A stretch of DNA of 64,000 nucleotides, taken from NCBI GenBank assembly GCA_963843145.1, contig CAWJJC010000028.1, positions 544,001-608,000 on the forward strand, read 5' to 3'. A program made the position numbers and the translations under genes. Positions 49,016 to 59,174 of this stretch are shown here, one piece after another. The DNA comes from an uncultured delta proteobacterium (GTDB taxonomy: Bacteria; Desulfobacterota; RBG-13-43-22). The stretch's first letter is position 1. Every line of letters starts with the position of its first letter. The notes below the pieces were generated by a model. It saw nothing but the letters and a program-made list of their open reading frames with translations, made no database searches and had not been told where the DNA came from.

Positions 49016-49241
49016 GCCTAATACGAATGGTCAATTATCAATTATTAATTAAGAATTGAGAGTTGATTATTGATTATTGGCTAAAAGGAGCCCTCGATTT
49101 TCCACTTTTAGTAATTCCTTTTTCACGTTTACCGAAGGCCCTCCCCGGTCAGTGGAGGGTCTTTTTTATTCCCTTGACAACCTCCCGGAGGACCAGTAAA
49201 TTATTAAGTTTAGATTAAAAAAACAAACTGAGGAGGTTGCG

Positions 49242-49688
49242 ATGTCGTTAAGTACGTTACCGGAAATCATTCAATTCGCCATCGATAAGGAGAAAAATGC
49301 CCAAGCTTTTTACCGTTCGGCTGCCGGCCTTTCGCAATACCCCGGGATCCCGACTCTTTTTGAAGAGCTGGCCGATGAGGAACAAAAACATGAAAAAATG
49401 TTAGAAAATATTGGGCAGGGGGCCAGCATTCCGGAGGCCGGCGGGATGGTTCCTGACCTGAAGATCAGCGATTATCTGGTGGATCTTACTTTTTTCCCCA
49501 ATATGAAGTATCAGGAAGTCATGATCCTGGCCATGAAAAATGAAGAGAAATCGATGAAGTTTTACCAGGCCTGGTCGGAAAAGGCCGCCCAGGCGGACCA
49601 CAAAAAATTGTTTGCCCATCTGGCCGAAGAGGAGGCCAAACATAAATACCGTTTGGAATCCATCTATGACCAAGAAATTTTAGATTAG
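49242..49688 (+). CDS. Rubrerythrin/ferritin-like di-iron protein
   Basis: Two E-x6-Y...EE..H repeats. Confidence 0.85.
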   Translation: MSLSTLPEIIQFAIDKEKNAQAFYRSAAGLSQYPGIPTLFEELADEEQKHEKMLENIGQGASIPEAGGMVPDLKISDYLVDLTFFPNMKYQEVMILAMKNEEKSMKFYQAWSEKAAQADHKKLFAHLAEEEAKHKYRLESIYDQEILD

Positions 49689-49689
49689 G

Positions 49690-50646
49690 ATGGAGCCCAT
49701 TCCAATCCCTAACGAAGAATCCAGTCTCCTTTCAGAGGACGACCGGAACCATCCTCCCGGCGATGAACCCAAGGCGGGGCCGGTTGTTCCTTATGATCCC
49801 CTCCAGCGGTATCTGCGAGAGATCAATCGCTATCCGCTGTTGAGCCCGGATGAAGAAAAGGAACTCCTGCTCCGTTATCACCAAAATCAGGATTCGGAGG
49901 TGGCCTATAAATTAATCACCTCCAATCTCCGTCTGGTGGTCAAGATCGCCATGGAATTCCAGCGTTATTGGATGCAAAACCTGCTGGACCTGATCCAGGA
50001 GGGGAACATCGGTCTGATGCAGGCGATCAAAAAGTTTGATCCCTTTCGGGGGATCAAACTTTCTTACTACTCCTCTTTCTGGATCAAAGCCTATATCCTT
50101 AAATTCATCATGGATAACTGGAAGCTGGTCAAGATCGGGACTACCCAGGCCCAACGGAAACTCTTTTACAATTTAAAAAAAGAAAAAGGCAAGTTATTGG
50201 CCATGGGGATTGATCCGGCCCCCAAACTGCTTTCGGAAAAATTTCAGGTTTCGGAACAGGATATTATCGAGATGGATCAACGACTGGGTGAATGGGAATT
50301 GTCCTTGGATGCCCCGGTAAGTGAAAGCTCTCCGGAGGATCATAAGGCCTTTCTGCCGGACAAGTCTGCTTCCCCGGAAGCGGCCCTCTCCAAACTGGAG
50401 TTAAAAACGATCCTGAAGTCGAAACTGGATGATTTCCAAAAGGGACTTACCCCTCGAGAAAAAGAGATCTTCGAAAAGCGGATCCTCACCGAAGAACCGT
50501 TGACCCTTCAGGAACTGGGAGACCATTTCCGGGTTTCACGAGAGAGGGTCCGCCAATTAGAAGATAAGTTATTAAAAAGATTAAAAGTGTACCTGGAAAA
50601 GGAATTGCCGGGCTTGAAGCCGGATTTTTTACATGTCGCCTTCTAA
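49690..50646 (+). CDS. rpoH: RNA polymerase sigma-32 factor
   Basis: SNLRLVVKIA, DLIQEGNIGL, RpoH box TTQAQRKLFYNL, SRERVRQLE. Confidence 0.9.
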   Translation: MEPIPIPNEESSLLSEDDRNHPPGDEPKAGPVVPYDPLQRYLREINRYPLLSPDEEKELLLRYHQNQDSEVAYKLITSNLRLVVKIAMEFQRYWMQNLLDLIQEGNIGLMQAIKKFDPFRGIKLSYYSSFWIKAYILKFIMDNWKLVKIGTTQAQRKLFYNLKKEKGKLLAMGIDPAPKLLSEKFQVSEQDIIEMDQRLGEWELSLDAPVSESSPEDHKAFLPDKSASPEAALSKLELKTILKSKLDDFQKGLTPREKEIFEKRILTEEPLTLQELGDHFRVSRERVRQLEDKLLKRLKVYLEKELPGLKPDFLHVAF

Positions 50647-52471
50647 ACCTTTCATCCTCCCTCACCGGGAATACTTTCCGCGGAAACTCCCCTCGGTCGC
50701 CAGAACCCTCATTATTTTTCTTTTAAGCTGGGGTCTGGTTAACTGGACCGGGTGTGCGCTTTCCCCCCCTCACTCCCGGGATCAGAAAGCGACCTCTCTC
50801 ACCCGCGTGGTGCTGGAGAAGAAGCCTCCCAGCAAGGAGAGCGAAATTTATTATCACCTTATCCTCGGCGCGATGTACGGCCAGGGAAACCAGAATCTGT
50901 TGGCCGCCGCCGAGTTTGAAAAGGCCCTGGCGCTTCAACCACGGGAGCCTTCCCTGATGTTGGAATTGGCCCAACTGTATTACAAGATGATGGAAATAGA
51001 GAAGGCCCTGGCCCTGATCCAGAGGGCCATCAACCTGGACCCCAAGTCTAGAGAGGCTTACCTGCTCCTAGGGGAAATGCAGATCGCCCAGGGGAAATGG
51101 GAAGGGGCCTTGAAAACCTATCAGTCCCTGGAAAAGTTGGACCCGGATAGTGAAGAAGCTCAATTTTTCCAGGGTCTGGCTTACCTCCAGCTTAAAAAAT
51201 ATCCTCAGGCGGTGGAGGTCTTTAAAAGGACCGCCAAGAGTCATCCGGACTCGGATCGGGCGCATTTTTTTCTGGGTAAAGTCTATCTTTCTCTTAAACA
51301 ATTCGATCGGGCTGAAAAAGCCCTCCAGGAGACGCTAAAACTGAATCCGCTCCATGAAGGGGCCACTTTGGGGTTGGGTTATCTCTATGAATTGAGGGAC
51401 CATCCCCGCCAGGCCTTGGAGATGTACCAGAAAGTGCTGCACTTGAACCCGGAGAACGTAGAGGCCCAGGAGCGGGCCGGGGATCAATATTTGCAGTTGG
51501 AGAAGTTCGAGCAGGCTCGGCAGTTATTTATCCATTTAAAACGACAAACCCACAATGACCCAGAAATTCGATTCCGTATCGGGATTATCTATCTTGAAAA
51601 CAAGCGCCTCGAAGAGGCCCAGGAGGAGTTTAAGGCCCTGATCAAGGAAAAGCCCGGTGCGGATAAAGTCCGCTATGCCTTGGCCAATACCTTGTTTGAA
51701 AAGAAGGAGTACCGTCAGGCCGAGGAGGTCTTGAGCCCGATCGGCCCCCAATCGGATTACCATGCCCCCTCGTTGATTCTGCGGGCCCATATTCTAGAGA
51801 AAGAAAAAAAGGTTGTCGAGGCTATCCAGTTGCTGGAGAAGGCCCTGATTGCCTTCCCCAAAAAAATTGATCTTTACCTTTCCCTGGCCTCCCTCCATGA
51901 ACAAAAGAACCAATTTCCGGAAAGTTATATAATTCTGAAGGAAGGTTTGGAGGTTGACCCGGAAAACGCCGAACTCAATTTCCGGCTGGGGGTCCTCTTG
52001 GACAAGATGGGCAAAAAAAAGGAAAGTATTCAACAACTTAAAACGGCCATCGAAAAAGATCCCTTCCATGTTTCGGCATTAAATTACTTGGGTTATACCT
52101 ACGCCGAGAAAGGGGTCCAACTGGATGAGGCCGAGGAGTTGATCAAAAGGGCCTTGAAATTCAAACCCAATGACGGCTTCATTATCGACAGTCTGGGCTG
52201 GGTGTACTACAAAAAGAAAAAATGGGATGAAGCAGTCATCGAACTGGAAAAGGCCTGGAAGCGAGTTCCAGGCGATCCGAACATCGGCGAGCATCTGGGG
52301 GATGCCTACATTAAGAAGAATTATTGGGATAAGGCCTTGCGAATTTATCGCAAGGTTTTGGACCTAAATCCGGGGGCCAAGGAGAAGGAAGGGATTCAGA
52401 AAAAAATAAAAGAGGTTCAGGATAAACTGGAAGAAGAAAGAAAAAATTCCGAACGGGGGATTTATTATTAG
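50633..52471 (+). CDS. TPR-repeat protein, probable lipoprotein
   Basis: WTGC lipobox-like; many TPRs; ALNYLGY...IDSLGW. Confidence 0.85.
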   Translation: MSPSKPFILPHREYFPRKLPSVARTLIIFLLSWGLVNWTGCALSPPHSRDQKATSLTRVVLEKKPPSKESEIYYHLILGAMYGQGNQNLLAAAEFEKALALQPREPSLMLELAQLYYKMMEIEKALALIQRAINLDPKSREAYLLLGEMQIAQGKWEGALKTYQSLEKLDPDSEEAQFFQGLAYLQLKKYPQAVEVFKRTAKSHPDSDRAHFFLGKVYLSLKQFDRAEKALQETLKLNPLHEGATLGLGYLYELRDHPRQALEMYQKVLHLNPENVEAQERAGDQYLQLEKFEQARQLFIHLKRQTHNDPEIRFRIGIIYLENKRLEEAQEEFKALIKEKPGADKVRYALANTLFEKKEYRQAEEVLSPIGPQSDYHAPSLILRAHILEKEKKVVEAIQLLEKALIAFPKKIDLYLSLASLHEQKNQFPESYIILKEGLEVDPENAELNFRLGVLLDKMGKKKESIQQLKTAIEKDPFHVSALNYLGYTYAEKGVQLDEAEELIKRALKFKPNDGFIIDSLGWVYYKKKKWDEAVIELEKAWKRVPGDPNIGEHLGDAYIKKNYWDKALRIYRKVLDLNPGAKEKEGIQKKIKEVQDKLEEERKNSERGIYY

Positions 52472-52655
52472 GTTCGGGATACTAATAGAATCGGCGGCCG
52501 TTTTTCTTTTCCTGATCCTCTCTTTTTATCCCCCGACGGTTGGAGCCCAGCCTTCCAGTACTCCGGCAATAACCGCTCCCGGTCCTTCCCTGGAGGAGCA
52601 ATGGGAGCGTCTGCAAAGCCTTCCTCCCTCTATTCCCTGGGAGGCCTCCGGCAGC

Positions 52656-53249
52656 TTGTTATACGAAGCGCCGGGAGAGCGTTATCGGTTGGGGTTCCGC
52701 TTATTGGCCCGGGATTACCGGTCGTTGCGCCTGGAGTTGTCCGATCCCTTCGGACGGCCGGTTTACTATCTGGTTTTTTATCAGGGGCGGACTAAGGCCC
52801 TTTCTTTAATGGATAAGAAAGTTGTTCCCCTCGACCTGCCCGCGCTCCTGAAGGCCTTTCCTCTTCCCTCCGAAACTCGCTGGGAGGATATTTTTCAACT
52901 CTTCTGGGGACGGGCGCCTCTCTTTTCTGGTGGAACCGGTCCGATCCGAGCCCAGGCAGACCGGGATCCCAATCGAATGAAGTTTCTGGTCGATGGGACG
53001 CCTCCTCAAATCATCCGAGTGGAAAAGGAACCCTTCCGAGTGGTGGGGATGGAAATCCCCGGACGTGGAACTTCGGAAGCTCTCGAGATCTCATTTTCCA
53101 ATTTTATTGAATTGGCCGGGTCCTATTGGCCGAAGAAGATAGAGGCTCGGGGCTTGGACAGCGAAAAAAAGTTGACCATTCAGTACGAACAAATAATTCC
53201 CCGGTCCGATATCCCGGACGAGGCCTTCCTGATCGCGGAACCAAGATAA
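52656..53249 (+). CDS. LolB/DUF4292-like envelope protein (frame is open upstream to about 52410)
   Basis: LRLELSDPFG motif; follows the TPR gene; upstream in-frame signal-like segment. Confidence 0.55.
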   Translation: MLYEAPGERYRLGFRLLARDYRSLRLELSDPFGRPVYYLVFYQGRTKALSLMDKKVVPLDLPALLKAFPLPSETRWEDIFQLFWGRAPLFSGGTGPIRAQADRDPNRMKFLVDGTPPQIIRVEKEPFRVVGMEIPGRGTSEALEISFSNFIELAGSYWPKKIEARGLDSEKKLTIQYEQIIPRSDIPDEAFLIAEPR

Positions 53250-53385
53250 ATTCGAAATCCGAAGCACGAAGCTCGAAACAAGCACGAAGGTCCAAAATCC
53301 AAATGATCAAAACGAAATCGTTTCGAATTTTGAGATTTGGTCATTTGAATTTGTTTCGGATTTTGTGCTTCGAATTTCGGATTTA
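53247..53385. repeat. Inverted heptamer-periodic repeat element
   Basis: AAATTCG/AAATCCG/AAGCACG-like units followed by their reverse complements. Confidence 0.8.
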
Positions 53386-53399
53386 GGGTTTCTAAATCT

Positions 53400-53870
53400 A
53401 TGCGTCTCTGGTTAGCCCCCCACCTGGCTCATCTTAATAAAATTATGCGCATGGCCGGCCTGGATACCCGGATCTGGAAGAAGGGAGTCGGGGGGATTGA
53501 ACCGGAGGACCGGGTGATTCAGCTCCTTCGTTATCCCTTGCCGGTAAAAGGGGTGACGGTGGTTTCCTTAGTCTCGGAGGAGAGCCGGGAACAACTTCAG
53601 GAGGTGTTTAAAGCCCTGGCGTTCAAACCGAACCGGACTGGTCCGCTGGGCCGCTGTATCCGTTGCAACCATCCTTTAAAACGACTGAATTCCGAGGAAT
53701 TGGCCCGATTTCAATCTGTCATCCCGGTCTATATCTTGCAAACCCAACGACAGTTTAACCGCTGCGAAAGGTGTGGGCGGATCTATTGGCAGGGAACCCA
53801 CGCCCGTAATATGAGGCGTCGAATGGAGGAGTGGGGAATTATCGGCCGCAATCTCCCGGATGACCCTTGA
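53400..53870 (+). CDS. Mut7-C RNase domain protein
   Basis: MRMAGLDT; RC..CN..L...C..CGRIYW.GTH. Confidence 0.8.
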   Translation: MRLWLAPHLAHLNKIMRMAGLDTRIWKKGVGGIEPEDRVIQLLRYPLPVKGVTVVSLVSEESREQLQEVFKALAFKPNRTGPLGRCIRCNHPLKRLNSEELARFQSVIPVYILQTQRQFNRCERCGRIYWQGTHARNMRRRMEEWGIIGRNLPDDP

Positions 53871-54327
53871 TCTTTTCAATGGCATGGGGCAGAGCGGGCA
53901 AAATCACCGGGAACATTTCTTCAATCGCTTTTATACTTCCGGGCAGGTTAACGATGAGGGTCTCTCCGCGGAAGCCCGCTTTCGCCCGGGAGATTTGAGC
54001 CAAGGGGGTATGCCTCAATCCCTCGGCCCGCATGGCCTCGGCCATGCCCGGGATTTCCCTGTGGAGTACCTGGGCCGTCGCTTCCGGGGTGATATCCCGG
54101 GGGCTGACCCCGGTCCCTCCGGTGGTCAGGATCAGGTCCAATTTTTTCCGGTCGGCCCAATCGACCAAGGCCGCGGCTATGGCCGGAATATCATCCGGAA
54201 CGATGGCGGTGACGGCTACCTGATAATATTGGTGATCAAGCAACTTTTGGAGGGCAGGGCCTCCCAGGTCTTCACGTAGTCCCTGAGAGGCCTTGTCACT
54301 GATGGTCAGGATTCCGACTTGGTACAT
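53839..54327 (-). CDS. mog: MogA/MoaB molybdopterin adenylyltransferase
   Basis: LTISD, TTGGTGVSPRDITPEAT, VNLPGS. Confidence 0.9.
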   Translation of the reverse strand: MYQVGILTISDKASQGLREDLGGPALQKLLDHQYYQVAVTAIVPDDIPAIAAALVDWADRKKLDLILTTGGTGVSPRDITPEATAQVLHREIPGMAEAMRAEGLRHTPLAQISRAKAGFRGETLIVNLPGSIKAIEEMFPVILPALPHAIEKIKGHPGDCGR

Positions 54328-54350
54328 GGCTTTTTTAGCTGCCCAAAGGT

Positions 54351-54513
54351 TAAATCCGAAATCCGAAACTCGAAACTCGAAACAAAACCGAATGTTCAAA
54401 ATTCAAATGACCAAAACGAAGGCCCCCTTCGCGGCAGGAAGATTCTTGTTTCGAATTTTGAATTTCGGTCATATGAATTTGTTTTGAATTTCGGATTTCG
54501 AGTTTCGAATTTA
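54351..54513. repeat. Inverted heptamer-periodic repeat element
   Basis: AAATCCG AAATCCG AAACTCG AAACTCG...TTTCGGATTTCGAGTTTCGAATTTA. Confidence 0.8.
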
Positions 54514-54532
54514 GCCCGGTGTAGGCTTTAAT

Positions 54533-56620
54533 TTATTCCTCCTCCTGCGCCGTTTTGGCCTCCTGAATGATCTTTTCACTCATATAGGCCGGGATCTCTT
54601 CATAGTGGGTGAATTCCATCTGAAAATAGCCCCTTCCTCCGGTCAGGGCCGTCAGGTCCGGGGCATATTTAGCCACTTCCGCCATAGGGGCCTGGGCCGT
54701 TACCACCTGAACATTATCTTTGGCTTCAACGCCCATAACCTTCCCCCGACGACTGTTTAAGTCGCCGATCACATCCCCCACATTGTCATCCGGTACGAAA
54801 ATCAACATTTTGACCATCGGTTCCAGCATGGTCGGCTGAGCCTGTTGGACCGCCTTTTTAAAGGCCATGGAGGCGGCAATTTTAAAGGCCATTTCCGAGG
54901 AGTCCACTTCGTGGGATTTCCCGTCATAAAACCGGATCTTGAAATCCACCACCGGGTAGCCGGCCAGCACGCCCCGCACCATAGCTTCGGTAATCCCTTT
55001 CTCAACGGCCGGGACGAAGTTGCGGGGCACGTTCATCCCCACCAAGGCGTCCTGAAACTCAAAACCCTTGCCCCGTTCGAGGGGTAAGATGTCGATATGG
55101 ACTTCGGCGAATTGTCCCCGGCCGCCGGTCTGTTTTTTGTGCCGGTAAATGATGCCTTTGGCCGCCTGGCGAATGGTTTCCAGGTAGGGGATTTTAGGGG
55201 CCTTGAGGATTACCTCCAGCCCGAATTTTCTTTTTAATTTTTCAACCGTGGTTTCCAGATGGACCTGTCCCATTCCGGAAAGGATGATTTCTTTGGTCTG
55301 GGAATCCCTGTCCAGGCGCAGGGTGGGGTCTTCTTCCATGAGGCGGTTCAGGGATGAGAAAACCTTATCTTCGTCGCCTTTGTTCTTGGCCTCAATGGCA
55401 TAGGAAATGACCGCGCTGGCCGGCGGTTGAAAGGGGAAAAGGATCGGATCCTTTTCATCGGCCAGACTGTCGCCGGTGACGGTCTCTTTCAGTTTGGAGA
55501 CCGCCAATATTTCTCCGGGATGGCCGACGGAGATTGGTTTTTGGGTTTTGCCCTCCAGCATGAAGAGCTGTCCGAATCGTTCTTTGACTCCGCGGGTGAC
55601 GTTGTAAAATCCGGAATCGGCAGTTAAGGTCCCGGAAAAGATGCGGAATATGGTCAACCGCCCGGCATAGGGATCGGCCATGGTCTTAAAAGCCAGGGCC
55701 GAAAAAGGGGCCTCCACGGCGGGTTCCCGCAGTTTTTCTTCCTTGGTCTTGGGGTCCTGGCCTTTATGGGCGCCCCGGTCCAGGGGAGAGGGGAGGTTGG
55801 CATTGATGGCCTCCAGGAGAAGATCCACTCCGAGGTTCTTCAAAGCCGAACCGCAGAAGACGGGGACAAAGCTTCGCCCTAAAACGGCCTTCCGTAAACC
55901 CTGAACCAATTCCTCGGAAGTCAGTTCCTGCCCGTCCAGGTATTTTTCAACCAGGCGGTCGTCGGTCTCAGCGATGCTTTCAATCAGGTTATCCCGAAAG
56001 GCCTTGACCTCTTCTTCCAGCTCTGTGGGCAAAGCCGTTTCTTTTCCTAAACCGTTCCCGCCTTCACTGTAGGCATAGGCCTTTTGATCAAGAATGGAGA
56101 CGACTCCGCTCAAGGTTTCACCACCCCCGAGGGGCAGGGCCAGGGGCAGGGCCTTGGCCTTTAAAAGTTTCCGTATGGATTCCAATGTCTTGGCGAAGTC
56201 GGACCGTTCCCGGTCCAGTTTGTTGATGAAGATCAAACAGGGAATTTCGTAGCGGTTGGCCAGTTGCCATACCCGCTCGGTCTGGACCTTGACCCCGTCC
56301 ACGGCATCGACCACTAAAATAATGCTGTCCAGGACCTGGAGGCAGGAGAAAGTATCCGCAATAAAATTATCGTCCCCCGGGGTGTCGGCAAAAAAGACCC
56401 GATGTTTTTTCCAGTCATAATGGTGAAAGGCCGTACTGATGGTCAGGTTTCTTTTGACTTCCTCGGCTTCGAAATCCAGAACCGAGGTGCCGTCGTCCAC
56501 CCGTCCCAAGCGATCGGTGGCCTTAGTGGTGAATAAGAGGGCTTCTCCCAGGGAGGTCTTTCCGGCGCCGCTGTGGGCGACCAATCCGATGTTGCGAATC
56601 TTTTCCAGGTTTTTTTCCAT
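54533..56620 (-). CDS. fusA: Elongation factor G paralog (EF-G II-like), outside the str operon
   Basis: AHSGAGKTSL, DTPGD, NKLDRE, SGMGQVHL, KKQTGGRGQF, VDSSEMAFK. Confidence 0.88.
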   Translation of the reverse strand: MEKNLEKIRNIGLVAHSGAGKTSLGEALLFTTKATDRLGRVDDGTSVLDFEAEEVKRNLTISTAFHHYDWKKHRVFFADTPGDDNFIADTFSCLQVLDSIILVVDAVDGVKVQTERVWQLANRYEIPCLIFINKLDRERSDFAKTLESIRKLLKAKALPLALPLGGGETLSGVVSILDQKAYAYSEGGNGLGKETALPTELEEEVKAFRDNLIESIAETDDRLVEKYLDGQELTSEELVQGLRKAVLGRSFVPVFCGSALKNLGVDLLLEAINANLPSPLDRGAHKGQDPKTKEEKLREPAVEAPFSALAFKTMADPYAGRLTIFRIFSGTLTADSGFYNVTRGVKERFGQLFMLEGKTQKPISVGHPGEILAVSKLKETVTGDSLADEKDPILFPFQPPASAVISYAIEAKNKGDEDKVFSSLNRLMEEDPTLRLDRDSQTKEIILSGMGQVHLETTVEKLKRKFGLEVILKAPKIPYLETIRQAAKGIIYRHKKQTGGRGQFAEVHIDILPLERGKGFEFQDALVGMNVPRNFVPAVEKGITEAMVRGVLAGYPVVDFKIRFYDGKSHEVDSSEMAFKIAASMAFKKAVQQAQPTMLEPMVKMLIFVPDDNVGDVIGDLNSRRGKVMGVEAKDNVQVVTAQAPMAEVAKYAPDLTALTGGRGYFQMEFTHYEEIPAYMSEKIIQEAKTAQEEE

Positions 56621-56635
56621 TCCTTATCCTTTCCC

Positions 56636-56722
56636 TCTAAATTTTGTGACCCATCAGCCCTTTGAAACCAATGGATCTTGAACCATCGCCTGCTAAAGGG
56701 CTGATGGGTCACAAAATTTAGA
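56636..56722. repeat. Perfect 28-bp inverted repeat, MITE-like
   Basis: TCTAAATTTTGTGACCCATCAGCCCTTT and its reverse complement, 31-nt spacer. Confidence 0.85.
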
Positions 56723-56817
56723 ATGATAGTAAAAAAAACAAGCCCCGTCAAGGTAAAATCTTTTATTATCAGGTAGTTGATTATTTTGGGAAAATTGATC
56801 GCGATCGCAGAAGGGGC

Positions 56818-56845
56818 TTGACAAAAGAAAATATTGAAGTATAAT
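56818..56845 (+). promoter_or_regulatory. Consensus sigma-70 promoter of the tRNA gene
   Basis: TTGACA-N16-TATAAT ending 10 nt before the tRNA. Confidence 0.85.
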
Positions 56846-56855
56846 ATTATTTTTT

Positions 56856-56932
<77 letters not shown>

Positions 56933-56940
56933 ATAAAATC

Positions 56941-56975
56941 AATGCCTTATGGAGATTTTTTCATAAGGCATTTTT
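56941..56975 (+). terminator. Terminator hairpin after the tRNA
   Basis: AATGCCTTATG...CATAAGGCATT followed by a T run. Confidence 0.7.
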
Positions 56976-57023
56976 ATTTTGTGCCCCTATTGTGCACCTG
57001 GAAGAAAAGGGGGTGATCTAACC

Positions 57024-57494
57024 GTGTGGAATGTTTATGATCGCCTCTACATCGGATCCATCCGGGATTGCTTCCATGAAAAGGAGGGCTGGGCTACGGT
57101 TCATGCCTGTAAGAGCCCCTGCCATCAAAGGGCCGTTGGTTATCAGAAAAGCCTCCCGAGTGCCCATCCCAATTATTTAATCTTTGAACGGCCTCAAAAT
57201 CTTTATCTGAATATGATTGATCCTCCCGTGCCTCTATTTAGGCCCCAACTTTTTACCGGGTTTTTAGGATTTGCAAGGGCACAATGGGAGGGTGGGCAAA
57301 ACCTATTGATCCACTGCAATCAGGGTGAGTCTCGGGCTCCATCCCTGGCCCTTTTGTTCCTGGCCAAGGCTTTGGGGGCCCTCCCCACTGAAAGTTATGG
57401 GCTGGCCTTCCAGGAGTTCGTCAAACTATACCCCCCTTATTCCCCCGGGTTGGGGATCCAAACTTATTTATGGAAGAATTGGGGCATGTTTTAG
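57024..57494 (+). CDS. Dual-specificity/protein-tyrosine phosphatase-like protein
   Basis: LYIGS and LIHCNQGESRAP (HCxxGxSR). Confidence 0.75.
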   Translation: MWNVYDRLYIGSIRDCFHEKEGWATVHACKSPCHQRAVGYQKSLPSAHPNYLIFERPQNLYLNMIDPPVPLFRPQLFTGFLGFARAQWEGGQNLLIHCNQGESRAPSLALLFLAKALGALPTESYGLAFQEFVKLYPPYSPGLGIQTYLWKNWGMF

Positions 57495-57884
57495 GATTAT
57501 AATTGGCGGGTAAGCCGGACCATGACTTCTTCCTGCATTGAAAGTTCCGTTGTGAAAAAACAGAAGAGTATAAACGGTATTCAACAAAAGGACTTTCAAT
57601 TCTTGCCCCCTTCATTTTTAGACATGGGGAAGGAGGATTAAGTCGAAGGTTTTGAAAAGATGAGGGCAGGAAGAAAGGAAAATGGCCAACAGGAAAGAAT
57701 TAAAAGTGTAAGACGTTAGTTTCGGATAAATCGTGATAGCAGTTTTTTCTTGACAAGAAGTTCTTATTAAGTATTGTCATTAAGTCCTACGATATCTCTA
57801 GCGCATTATTACGGCTGTTCTGTCGGTCTAATTTTTGTTTGTACGCGTTTTGCTACCTTGTCAAAAAAGTGAAAAGGGGGAATT

Positions 57885-58703
57885 ATGAAAAGAGCGGTGA
57901 TCGTATCACTAACCATGCTGTTTCTGAGCGTTTCTGTAACTGGCTTATGGGCGGGGGAACCGGTTAATCTGAACCTTCCTAATCAGAATAACCTCTTCCT
58001 TCCACTAATTGAGAATGGGCTTGCGCCGGCATCGGAAGAACTCACCGGCCGGTGGGAAGGAATAGGAACAACTTGGGAATGGTTTGGCGCCTTCGGCCTT
58101 CTTCTGAAGCAGTCAGGGAGCTTAGTGACAGCTACATTTGTTAGTGGACAACTCAGTAATGTGGAGTTTGTCAATGGTGTGCTCACGGGTACAATGCTTG
58201 CTGCCAACAAGACATTTGATTTTCATTTCACGCTTTCCACCGATAAGCAAACCCTCGACGGAACGATCATAGTGCATGAAAGTGGTAAGGCCGATAAGAC
58301 TATCCCGATTACCTTCAAGCGGTTGTCCAATGATCCGACCTATCCGGATTTAACCCCGCCGGTGGTTGAGCAGATCACGTTATCTCCCTCACCACCCTAT
58401 GTGATCAGCATTAGATGGTCTAAACCGATGTATGGGTGGTCTATACAATTAAGAACCTATATTGGCGGGATTCCTAGTACGTTTGATGGCCTCGATCTGG
58501 TTGATAAAACAACATTCACCTACAATCCCCAGACGTACACCTTCACCATGCAAATCAAATCATACATTGTTCCGGATACTGGGGCTGCTTCCACATTGAG
58601 CCTCTGTTCGGGAGTAGTCCTTTGGAGCAGTGAATATGGAATACCCGCGTGGCCGGATTGTAGCCAAGCTACACCGATCAACTTTAATTGGCCGAACCTT
58701 TAA
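57885..58703 (+). CDS. Secreted beta-rich hypothetical protein (C-terminal Ig-like segment)
   Basis: RBS, signal peptide, LTGRWEG, DLTPPVV...WSKPM. Confidence 0.7.
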   Translation: MKRAVIVSLTMLFLSVSVTGLWAGEPVNLNLPNQNNLFLPLIENGLAPASEELTGRWEGIGTTWEWFGAFGLLLKQSGSLVTATFVSGQLSNVEFVNGVLTGTMLAANKTFDFHFTLSTDKQTLDGTIIVHESGKADKTIPITFKRLSNDPTYPDLTPPVVEQITLSPSPPYVISIRWSKPMYGWSIQLRTYIGGIPSTFDGLDLVDKTTFTYNPQTYTFTMQIKSYIVPDTGAASTLSLCSGVVLWSSEYGIPAWPDCSQATPINFNWPNL

Positions 58704-59174
58704 TCAAAGCTTAGTGTTTCCATCAGGGAGGGTGGAGGCCCTTCGCCTCCAGGCGATTGTTGGATTTTGGTTGCGTGTTTGCGCTCGGGGAAAACGGGTG
58801 AAATGTTTTTTATATTAGATTTTTGCATCCATTATAAGAGACAAAATCTCAGGGCAATGGATGTAAAAATCTAATTCCCTGAAAGACCGTCTTTTTCGGG
58901 CGCCTTGGTTTTCACCCCAGGGAATCATACAGCCTTTCCGTCGCTTCGGCAATCCGGGTCCAGGAAAGCGGTAGCAAGGCGGCCGCCAATTAAAAGCGTT
59001 TGTCATCCGCCTTGCATTTTGTCTTTATTTAAAGCAGCCCCCCCCGCCCCCCGGACGGCGGACTGACTGTTCCAGACAGACCGCCTGGGGGGTTCCTTAT
59101 TTTTTTAGCGGTGGCTATCAACCCGTCCCAACTCACCTCCCTTCGGTCGGGGAGATAGGAGGGCTGGATTATTA

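Noticed and set aside
53247-54513. Heptamer tracts or the 59-kb repeats as a CRISPR array
   Set aside because: No constant 25-45 bp repeats with unique spacers and no cas genes
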